This document shows positions 38,599 to 49,447 of a stretch of DNA of 64,000 bases, piece after piece. Position 1 is the first letter of the stretch; the number at the start of each line of letters is the position of its first letter. The position numbers were made by a program, and so were the translations under genes. The stretch lies in assembly GCA_965235115.1 (NCBI GenBank), contig OZ249441.1, forward strand, positions 9,858,001 to 9,922,000, read 5' to 3'. This stretch comes from Laetmonice hystrix (Eukaryota). The notes beneath the pieces are model-generated. The model saw nothing but the letters and a program-made list of their open reading frames with translations. It had not been told where the DNA came from and searched no databases.

Positions 38599-39288
38599 TT
38601 GGTTCTCTGCTCCCGTCCCCATGGTTAGAGATACACGCTCCGTGTAGGTAACTGGTTCTCTGCTCCCGTCCCCATGGTTAGAGATACACGCTCCGTGTAG
38701 GTAACTGGTTCTCTGCTCCCGTCCCCATGGTTAGAGATACACGCTCCGTGTAGGTAACTGGTTCTCTGCTCCCGTCCCCATGGTTAGAGATACACGCTCC
38801 GTGTAGGTAACTGGTTCTCTGCTCCCGTCCCCATGGTTAGAGATACACGCTCCGTGTAGGTAACTGGTTCTCTGCTCCCGTCCCCATGGTTAGAGATACA
38901 CGCTCCGTGTAGGTAACTGGTTCTCTGCTCCCGTCCCCATGGTTAGAGATACACGCTCCGTGTAGGTAACTGGTTCTCTGCTCCCGTCCCCATGGTTAGA
39001 GATACACGCTCCGTGTAGGTAACTGGTTCTCTGCTCCCGTCCCCATGGTTAGAGATACACGCTCCGTGTAGGTAACTGGTTCTCTGCTCCCGTCCCCATG
39101 GTTAGAGATACACGCTCCGTGTAGGTAACTGGTTCTCTGCTCCCGTCCTCATGGTTAGAGATACACGCTCCGTGTAGGTAACTGGTTCTCTGCTCCCGTC
39201 CCCATGGTTAGAGATACACGCTCCGTGTAGGTAACTGGTTCTCTGCTCCCATCCCCATGGTTAGAGATACACGCTCCGTGTAGGTAAC
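38599..39288. repeat. Minisatellite, 53-bp unit x13, nearly invariant
   Basis: Spacing 38601 to 38654. Confidence 0.97.
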
Positions 39289-40789
39289 AACACTCTGATT
39301 TCATGGCCCAACAGTATGAGATAACAGACACCCAACCAGGTCTAATTAAAACTCTAATCTAGCAAAGATCGTTGTATTAAGACAATCCTTACAAGTGGAT
39401 TTAAAAAAATGTAAATTGGGCTGCATTCCTTCAGAAGTTTTACCATAATTTACCAATGGTATGTAGTTCACGCGGGCTGGGCTGGCCCAGCAGAGTCTGT
39501 TGACCCTCCCTGACCTCATAGAGGTGAGCCCCTTCAGTCGAGTCAGACTGCAGCACAGCTGTGTGTCAGTCAAGTACCACCAGTACCTTCTGCTGGTGTA
39601 GCGCTCAGCCCGTCTGTGAGTGAGTTCCAGGGGGGGGGGGGGTCTCTGCGAGGGGGGGGGGGGGGCAGTCTGCGGGCAATCACGGCAAGTAAACGGAAAG
39701 TGAAAGCTTGGAAACTGCAATTAAGAAAAAAAGTCACGTTTTTTAAAAAGATAACACTGGCAGGATAGGCATTCCGGGTGGGTGGGGTGGGGGACTGGGT
39801 TGGGGGGGGGGGTTATTAATTTAACTCTCCAATATTTCGTACTCAGTAGTTCTCCAGTTCTCCCAACTTAGACACATACCTGACCTTCGACCTGACCTTT
39901 GACCTCAGCTGACCTGACAGTAGCCTTGCTTACTCTGTCATCTGATACCTCTTGGACTGGCTCGAGGTGTTCGCTATGACAACAGACACGACTGGGCACC
40001 GTGGCGACCTCTATCGGTGAACTCAGGTATTGGAAGCAGTCTGGTAGGAGGTCTAAGAAGGGAGTGTTTGACATGATCTTCACGGGAACTACTTGGATAT
40101 ATATACTGGCCACACACACGGTCAGTAGTTTAGGACCACCAAAGTATCATATATTGTGACGTAGTCTTCCTGTATTTTAATTGTGACGTGTTATCTGTTC
40201 GGACGTCACCCTTGTGGATGTCGACCTCCAGATGGCGCTCCACTTGGTGGGATAAATATAACGTCGTCATGGTGACAAGACTGACAACTGAAAAAGTTTC
40301 CACTCGTGGCATGGCGTGACGTTCTAATGGAGAGAATGTTCCGGGGGCAGATATTACAGAGGCACAGCAATAAAACCAATCACGTCCTCTCAAATGTCAG
40401 CCAAAAAAACGTGAGCTTTCTGGTTGGAATTTTACCCTGAATAGATTTGTACTCATCTGTCTTTTCGTTTGACGGGCAAGGGTGGGTGACGATGGCGTGT
40501 TTGGTTTTCAGTCGGAAGTTTAAACTGAATTCATGCAGACAGTGTAGAACAATAGCAGAGCTTTGTCTGATGTCGTTTCGGTTGGTTAATCAAGTTCTTG
40601 TTTTAATTTCCTCGCTGTCTGAGAGTATTGATCGGCAGGGGTCGGAGAGGCCGGGCTTTCCGTCCAGGGGTAGGGTGGGGTAGGGGGTGTCTCCCTCTCG
40701 CCGGCCATTTGTAATAGGCACACGTAGGGTTGGACTGTGGAACTCAACTACTGCTAGACCCAGTGGTCCGGCAGGTGGGCTGGAACCAG

Positions 40790-41000
40790 GGATCTGACTG
40801 AGGGCACCGACTGAGGGCACTGAGTGAGGGCACCGACTGAGGGGCCAGTCTGAGGGCACCGACTAAGGGCAACAGCTGAGGGCACTGACTGAGGGTACCG
40901 ACTGAGGGGCCAGTCTGAGGGCATTGACTGAGGGTACCGACTGAGGGTACCGACTGAGGGCACTAGCTGAGGGCACCGACTGAGGGGCCAGTCTGAGAGA
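40790..41000. repeat. ACTGAGGGCACCG-based short-unit array
   Basis: Tandem variants visible. Confidence 0.85.
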
Positions 41001-41245
41001 GGAAAAAACGTCGCGTGTTGGTTGAGATTTCCATGGACACGATTGAGATTGTCAGAGATAGTTTTAGAATCATAATCAGTCATACCCGTCCGTTGACGTT
41101 TGTTTTTCTGAAATCATCAGAAACCGGAAGTAGGTGTGGATGTGACCTTGGCGATAGATTACCAAGGTCAACATTGGCCGGGGTCACGAGGACAGAAAGG
41201 AAATTACAGGATTCGGTCAATATATGAAGAAACGGGGACTGGGTC

Positions 41246-41366
41246 CATGGGGGTGGTTGGGAGGGGGTGGTTGGGAGGGGGTGGTTGGGAGGGGGTGGTT
41301 GTGAGGGGGTGGTTGTGAGGGGGTGGTTGGGAGAGGGTGGTTGGGAGGGGGTGGTTGGGAGGGGGT
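41246..41366 (+). repeat. G-rich 14-bp array GGGAGGGGGTGGTT (G-quadruplex potential)
   Basis: About 8 copies with G3-G5 tracts. Confidence 0.88.
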
Positions 41367-42285
41367 TACTACCCTGACAACACCATGAATCAGGAGTATG
41401 AGATGGATGTCCACAGAGAGCAACCGTCTGACGATGATAACGTTCTCCGTTACATCACGAGCGCCACACTCCTTGCATTAAAATTCCTGAATAATAATTT
41501 GCGGGAAGAGAAATTTATCATTCAGAAGTAAAGAAAACTGTTTAAAGGTTTGAGTAAATACGGATAGGATTACTAAAGAAGTCAGTTTGTACAGACTGTG
41601 CCTGTTGCATACAATTGCCTCAGTCTATGCACAGACCCGACATGTTTGGACGGACGGGAAGCGGGTAGAAACTCGTGTCACCAGCACGGATTGATTGTGT
41701 GAATAATGATTGACAGATCCGATGGTACCACAGCCGGCGGCGGATCAGAATCCGGAATGGATCAGTAAACCGGCAGTTTGTCCCATTCACCATCCGTCCC
41801 TACCAATTCTCCGGGTAATGTGGCTACTATTATAGGACGTCAATCGGACAGCCTTCAGCTACGAGAAGCCATTAGACGTAACGTTTGGTCGATTGAAGCA
41901 GTAATCCAGCCGTCACAATGACATTGCAATAAAGTAATGGCACGCGGCATCCATGCAGACAGTGCCAGGCATTTAAAATTAGCATTTCATATTTACACTA
42001 CAAAGTAAATGGTCGCCTTTTGCAACAGGAGAGAAGCAAATAAAAAATGTTGAGATGAGTGATTACCTGTCAGCGGCCCGAGACGAGAGAACAGGGGAAC
42101 CTTCCATTTCATGCAGGTGTAAAGCCCTGTCTCTGCATGTGTGCGGCCAGTTCAGCTCTCCTATATTACGTGGCCTATGTTACTCCCACCCTGATCCAGT
42201 GTATTCGGCTACAGCCACAACCGTCGCCTGACTTCTGATTGTTCTGACGCAAGGATAATTGAGGGTGAAGGGAAACTAAGATGGA

Positions 42286-42530
42286 AAAGGGAATAATCTG
42301 GCATTGTTCAAAGTACCGAGAAGGGAATAATCTGGTGTTGTTCAAAGTACCGAGAAGGGAATAATCTGGTGTTGTTCAAAGTACCGAGAAGGGAATAATC
42401 TGGTATTGTTTAAAGTACCGAGAAGGGAATAATGTGGTATTGTTCAAAGTACCGAGAAGGGAATAATCTGGGATTGTTCAAAGTGTCCAAAAGGGAATGA
42501 TCTTAATATTGTTCAAAGTACCGACAGGGG
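42286..42530. repeat. 34-bp unit x~7 (AAGGGAATAATCTGGTGTTGTTCAAAGTACCGAG)
   Basis: Spacing 42321 to 42355. Confidence 0.9.
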
Positions 42531-45007
42531 AATGCCTACCTATAGACCTGACCTATGTATAAGGTGGGGTCGGGTAGTGCTTAACTTGACTTGTGCTGTG
42601 GGAGGGGTGGGAGGGTGTAACCCCTTTTTATCATTTCATTGAGTGTGCCTAGGTGGAGGTCACCAGAACACCAGATCAAGGATCCTAGCATCTGATTTCA
42701 GAAGGGTGTTTGAAGAGGGTCAGCCAGACAGGTGGAGGGGTGGGGGTGGTTACTGCACCTCTTGCCCTCATTTCTCCACCCCCGCTATACACATGAAAAT
42801 AAGTGACAACAATACTATAAAAGGATAAAACGACGTATGATTGACGCATGATCGGTATAAATTTAGGAAAATAATATGTTGACACACTTACGCAGGCGAA
42901 GGGCAATGGAAAGAAATAGCGATGAGTTATTGGCGGAGGTGTTGGGGCGCGGGATGAGTGTTATAGTTCGGGGCTGGTAATGATACGTCGTCCGTGATAA
43001 CTTAAAATTTGGTCGAAAGTACAGCTTCGTAGCCCTGACCTTATCCCTAACCCCGATCCCTACACCTCCCAAAAACATATCCCTATCCTGTCCCTATCCC
43101 TATCCCTATCCCACGGAGGCAGGCCATAAACATGACCTGTTGACAGGGTCTAGGAATTGGTATGGAGGGCACGCAGGGATCGAAGTATTCCAGTGGGTCT
43201 GGTATTGGGATCGAAATAATCAACTGAGCCTGGGATTGGCCTATTCATGTCATGTGTCCGCCTATGTTTTACGCCTTTAATTGGTGGGATACGACAAAGG
43301 AGATTACCATTCGTGTCACAGGACCCAGGTGATTTGGGATGGAGTGGGAGGGGTCAGAGTGCCCCTCCCCGGCCCCCGGCCGACGCCCACTGTCTTACCA
43401 CACCTGTGTCTGGATGATACCGGCACGACGACGCGCTGCTTGCAAACATAAATTGATTGCAGTTTTTGAAAGCGTCAGTAGAACGCTAGGTCAGAACGCC
43501 AGCTGGGGCCAAGGCCACAAAAAAACGAGCAAAAAGTCGACATCCTACTGAACGCGTCTGGTTGCTAGGATACGCTCTCCCCCTCCCTGCAGGTCCCGAC
43601 ACCTCTGTAATATTACGTCTGAAAAAATGCGCCACGATTTACACAATACAATTCAGGGGATAAAAGGCAAAGAAATAAATGGTAGCATCATCCGAGGGAG
43701 GTTGGCTTATTGAAAGGTTTTTATTATTGTATAGGTGTTAGACCTGGGGCGTTAGCTCACTATCTATTGTACATTATAGTACACCGTCCATGGTACAGGA
43801 CCATGTAAGGGGTAAGGCAAGGCAAGGGTTATCGTCCTGTCACAATGCACACACTGTCGGCGTGACGTCAGACGGTACGTCAGTCCGTCAGATGGCATAC
43901 TCGATGGTAAAACCCGGAATAAGGATGACACCGAAACGGAGCAAATTATGGGGTCAGAGTGGCCCATTAAAGGTGAGAATGATAAGAGTGTAGACGAAAC
44001 GGAATGGACGTGTATCCGTGAGACCGGAATCAATGGGAAGGCTGTCCTATTTGATCTTTTCTCACCCCCTGCTGGTTCCAGCACGTTCCTTGAGAAAGTC
44101 TGGCAAGACACGTGAACATATTTCTGTTGTAAATGTAGCTGTGTTCACCAGACGGTTGGGACTAACAGACGGAAACAAGGAGTGAATTCTGGGAGAGACT
44201 CAGAGCACGCATGTCCATTGGCCCACACGGTACACGTGACATGTCACATGTTATACGGCTCTCACACATGATGAACATGTAGAACTAATGATGAATAATG
44301 TCTCTGCCGTCTGTCCCATTGTTGCGCGTACAGCGCCATAAATTAAGTAATGTCAATTAAGAAAACCCATTGGCGGCGTGTCGTGTGCCATATAAAGGTT
44401 CAGTTGTTTAGGACCTGTAGTACGGCCAGGCAGACTGAGCCCCAACCTAGAGGTAAACACGTGGGATATGAACTCACTCAGTTTAATACAATAAATGTCT
44501 GCTTGGCAGCCAATAGGAACAGTGGAACCAGCGGGCGGCCGATAGAGTGGGGGCTAATTGTGCTGAGGTGGGCAGTAATTGGTGTTGGACGATACGAGAT
44601 ACTGGCCGGTTGTACGAGTTGTAATTAAAGGAGAGACGGCGCGGAGTCTGCCTATAAAATACACGCTATTATTCTCCAAACGAGAGAATCTTGTGCAGGT
44701 ATTTTTTCAGGGTTGTCAGGAACCGGTTGAGTGATGGCCCATAAACTGGGAGTGAAATAATGTCGATATTAATAATGAATGCTGTTAGGAGTCCAGCTGA
44801 CACCCCAATCATTAATTGGATTCCTATTTAATGAGGCGTGTTTTAGTCTACCAAGGGACGTAATGGCCGCGTGTTATCCGGCGAGAGCTGTCAATAATTA
44901 TAAAACCCCTACCCGACTAACTCATGCTGGTCCTATCGGTGGCTAATACTCGGCCAATAGCGCCAATTTGTTTACAAACATTCATACCTGATTTATCGAC
45001 GATAGTA

Positions 45008-45250
45008 CAGGCACCAAGACATGCACCAAGACATGCACCAAGACAGGCACTAAGACAGGCACCAAGACAGGCACCAAGATAGGCACCAAGACAGGCACCG
45101 AGACCTGCACAAAGACCTGCACTAAGAGAGGCACCAAGACATGCACAAAGACATGCACCAAGGCAGGCACCAAGACAGGCACAGGGACAGGCACCAAGAC
45201 ATGCACAAAGACATCCACTAAGACAGGCACCAAAGCACCAAGACAGGCAT
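45008..45250. repeat. 12-bp array CAAGACAGGCAC
   Basis: About 20 copies. Confidence 0.9.
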
Positions 45251-45596
45251 GCCCTGCCTGCAGGCGGCTCCAAATGGTGAAACCAACACCATAGATAGCC
45301 TTGCACGTAGTCTAAGTGAAAACTGGAAATCTAATTCACACACGCATACCGGAAGCATGGCGTGTCTATGTAGCTGTTCATGTTCAGGGAAGTAATGGAA
45401 TAGATTGTGAAATGTGTAATGTCAAGTACCACATGTAAGAGGTAGCACTTCGGTATACCTTAATTAATACCATAGCATTTTCTGTTTTTATGCTTAGATT
45501 TGCTGCAAATCGAATTGCTGTCAGGCTCCATACTAGTGTATTAGGCTACTCTAGCCTGCAGCGGTTTATAGCGTTCGGCCAATAACCATGAACGAC

Positions 45597-46066
45597 TAAG
45601 CAATAACCGCAATAACAGCTCAGCAGTACCTGCAAACAGCTCAGCAATAACTGCAAACAGCTCAGCAATAAACGGGAACAGCTCCGAGCTCGGCAGTAAC
45701 CGAGAACAGCTTAGCAGTAACCGAGAACAGCTCAGCAATAACTGAAAACAGCTCAGAAATGTCCGAAAACAACTCAGCAATAACCGAGAACAGCTCAGCA
45801 CTAACCGAGAATAACTCAGCAGTAACCGAGAACAGCTCAGCAGTAACTGAGAACAGCTCAACAACATGTTGTCAGTTGAATAGCTCAGCAGTAACCGAGA
45901 ACAGCTCAGCACTAACCGGGAACAGTTTAGCAGTAACCTGGAACAGCTCAGCACTAACCGGGAACAGCTCAGCAGTAACCAAGAACAGCTCAGCACTAAC
46001 CGAGAATGGCTCAGCAGTAACCGGGAACAGCTCAGCACTAACCGAGAACAGCTCAGCAGTAACCGT
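45597..46066. repeat. 21-bp array AACCGAGAACAGCTCAGCAGT
   Basis: About 20 degenerate copies; gives ENSSAVT-repeat ORF. Confidence 0.9.
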
Positions 46067-46532
46067 GACAAGGTCAGCTGTAAGGTTGACCAGCTATAAA
46101 AGTACTGAAGCCATGGGAGAACGGTAACACGTTTACAGTATGATGAGTGGGTCTCACCAACCGTGAAGACAACAATCGTTTCCTGTTTCACGAACCAATC
46201 AAAACGCCGGAACTCCACAGAGTGGATATAGGATGTGAGAGCCATAGTAAATCATCAATTTACGGATTGTTACACCTTGTGTGTGAGGATTGAGTGATGA
46301 CAGTAGACGGGTCAATATTAGGTTCCCATGAAGGGGGGGGGGGCTGACACTGAGATTGTCTCGGCTAGCTGTCATCGCTTCACCTGTCATTTTACCGTAA
46401 CATAAGTTACCTGACACTGTCGGACTCAGTATGACATCGATTGTCATTTTTCCCACAAGTTGAGATCACGTTACTTTGCTGTCAAGTATACCTGGCTGTT
46501 ATTGTACTCAGGTAATACGCAGCTGTCGTGTC

Positions 46533-46685
46533 TAATAACCGATGTAATAACCGATCGTGTAATATGTGTAATACAGGTGTAATAACCGAGCGTGTAATCT
46601 GTGTAGTACAGGTGTAATAACCGATCGTGTAATATGTGTAATACAGGTGTAATAACCGATCGTGTAATCAGTGTAATACAGGTGT
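46533..46685. repeat. 35-bp unit x4 (TAATAACCGATCGTGTAATATGTGTAATACAGGTG)
   Basis: Direct copies. Confidence 0.85.
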
Positions 46686-46874
46686 AAGGAGTGATTACAG
46701 GTAGGATGTCTGTCGGTACAGCGTCACCACGTTACCTTCATAGTTTAGGGTTAGGGTCAAGAATAGTCTACCTGTGGCAAGCAATAGCATTGGTTACAGT
46801 TGTACCACCCATTGATTTAGTGTTCTCTTGCAGTTAAAATGTATGAAAGTTAAAATCGAAAATCGCATTAAAAT

Positions 46875-46903
46875 CTATAACCTTTATCTCTTTTCAGGTG
46901 AGT
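46875..46903 (+). other. Candidate recursive splice site 2
   Basis: CTATAACCTTTATCTCTTTTCAG|GTGAGT: strong pyrimidine tract, CAG at 46895-46897, consensus donor GTGAGT at 46898-46903. Confidence 0.6.
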
Positions 46904-47166
46904 CGATTTATCTCGAGGGAAATCGTTCGGGGTAAATAGAAATGTCATCCATCAACAGGTAGGACGTATAATTATATTTGAAAGATCGAATGTTTGGTAC
47001 ATTGAGACGGAAATAATGTCAGAGAGTATCGCACAAGTCTGGCGGTCACTCAGTCCATGCCTGGCCAGGTTGGTCAGTCTGTGTAAAGTGTTGGTCTGAA
47101 AGCAGTCACTGCCCCACCCCCGAGGCGGTGGGCCATGGGCCGGGACGGGCAATAGGTTGTGGGCCG

Positions 47167-47905
47167 GGCCGGGAGGTGGGCCAGTAGGCCGGGGTTGGCG
47201 GCCGGGGCGGGCTGTCCCCTCCCGGTGGTAGGCCGGGGCGGGCCGTCCCCTCCCGGTGGTAGGCCGGGGTTGGCGGCCGGGGCGGGCCGTCCCCTCCCGG
47301 TGGTAGGCCGGGGTTGGCGGCCGGGGCGGGCCGTCCCCTCCCGGTGGTAGGCCGGGGTTGGCGGCCGGGACGGGCCGTCCCATCCCGGTGGTAGGCCGGG
47401 GTTGGCGGCCGGGGCGGGCTGTCCCCTCCCGGTGGTAGGCCGGGACGGGCCGTCCCATCCCGGTGGAAGGCCGGGGTTGGCGGTCTGGGGCGGGCCGCCC
47501 CCTCCCGGTGGTAGGCTGGGGCGGGCAGTCCCCTCCCGGTGGTAGGCCGGGGTTGGCGGCCGGGACGGGCCGTCCCCTCCCGGTGGTAGGCCGGGGTTGG
47601 CGGCCGGGGCGGGCCGTACCCTCCCGGTGGTAGGCCGGGGTTGGCGGGGGGGGGGGGGGCGTCCCCTCCCGGTGGTAGGCCAGGGTTGGCGGCCGGGACG
47701 GGCCGTCCCCTCCCGGTGGTAGGCCGGGGTTGGCGGCCGGGGCGGGCCGTACCCTCACGGTGGTAGGCCGGGGTTGGCGGCCAGGACGGGCCGTCCCCTC
47801 CCGGTGGTAGGCCGGGGTTGGCGGCCGGGGCGGGCTGTCCCCTCCCGGTGGTAGGCCAGGGTTGGCGGCCGGGATGGGCCGTCCCCTCCCGGTGGTAGGC
47901 CGGGC
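47167..47905. repeat. Very GC-rich 31/44-bp minisatellite
   Basis: CCGTCCCCTCCCGGTGGTAGGCCGGGGTTGGCGGCCGGGGCGGG units. Confidence 0.93.
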
Positions 47906-48624
47906 CTCTATTCTGTTATTATCGGGCGGTGGCGGCCGCAGGGACCGCAACCAGTCAGGTCAGTTTGTCCGTTGATCCATCTCCCGTTCACCCACATTTA
48001 GCGAGGGATCCGTCTCGGCCGGGCGGTCCACAATGATTACAACCAGGGGTCAGCAGCCACTTCAGCCAGCCATGCTCAATTTCTGCCCTGACATCCCTCA
48101 CACCTACACGGCTTCATTGCTGTAATTCCTAGCTCTACCCAAGTCCAACGATTTATGCGGTTGTATTGCTGTAACGCCAAGCTCTCCAGGGCTGAGTCGT
48201 TTAGCCTAGCTCGGAATGTCCATGAAATATTAGAAATAAAACTCTATTACTGTGCCTAGCCCCAGACCTAATCCCAACACCTATCCTTGGTCCGCAAACA
48301 CCCCCTCCCCCCTAAAAAAGGAATTTGATGGGAAGTTACCCAGAGTTAGTAACCCTTAGCTCTGTATATTGCTGGTTTGCCTTGCTCTGCGCGGCTGAAT
48401 GTTGTAATGCTCTGCACGGCTGTATTGCTGTATCTGAAAATTCTCTGACAGGAATAATCAGGTTAGAAGGAGTGAACTTTCAGATTGCTGGCTGGAGATG
48501 ACAGACTTGAGGAGCCACCAGACAGGTCGCTGTCAGCCTGAGTTAGTGATCTGGGAGATAATTGGCAGACTCGAAAAGCTGTCAGGGTTAGAGCTGTCAG
48601 GGTTCGACCTGCTGTAAATGTGAG

Positions 48625-49447
48625 ATATCTGTCAGAGTGAGTTAGCTGTCAGAGTATGAGAGTTGTGTGAGGTATCTGTCAGAGTGAGGTATCTGTCAGA
48701 GTGAGGTAGCTGTTGAGTGAGGTAGCTGTCAGTGCTATATCTGTCAGAGTGAGGTATCTGTCAGAGTGAGGTAGCTGTCAGGGTGAGGTAGGTGTTAGAG
48801 TGAGGTAGCTGTCAGTGCTATATCTGTCAGAGTGAGGTAGCTGTCAGAGTGAGGTAGGTGTTAGAGTGAGGTAGCTGTCAGTGCTATATCTGTCAGAGTG
48901 AGGTAGCTGCCAGAGTAAGGTAGCTGTCACAGTGAGGTAGGTGTTAGAGTGAGGTAGCTGTCAGTGCTATATCTGTCAGAGTGAGGTATCTGTCAGAGTA
49001 TGAGAGTTGTGTGAGGTATCTGTCAGAGTGAGGTATCTGTCAGAGTGAGGTAGCTGTTGAGTGAGGTAGCTGTCAGTGCTATATCTGTCAGAGTGAGGTA
49101 TCTGTCAGAGTGAGGTAGCTGTCAGTGCTATATCTGTCAGAGTGAGGTAGCTGTCAGAGTGAGGTAGTTGTCACAGTGAGGTAGCTGTCAGTGCTATATC
49201 TGTCAGAGTGAGGTAGCTGTCAGAGTGAGGTAGCTGTCAGAGTGAGGTAGCTGTCAGAGTGAGGTAGCAGTCAGAGTGAGGTAGCAGTCAGAGAGAGGTA
49301 GCTGTCAGTGCTATCTGTCAGAGTGAGGTAGCAGTCAGAGAGAGGTAGCTGTCAGTGCTATATCTGTCAGAGTGAGGTAGCTGTCAGTGCTATATCTGTC
49401 AGAGTGAGGTAGCTGTCAGAGTGAGGTATCTGTCAGAGAGAGATGTC
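48625..49447. repeat. Composite 15/17-bp array (CTGTCAGAGTGAGGTAG / CTGTCAGTGCTATAT)
   Basis: Tandem copies visible. Confidence 0.93.

Noticed and set aside
46744-46760. TTAGGG telomere-like motifs (also degenerate TAGGG/CCCTA tracts at ~16.5k, 24.9k, 33.5k and 43.0k)
   Set aside because: Only 1-2 exact copies. The degenerate tracts may be small dispersed-repeat relics, but I could not define termini.
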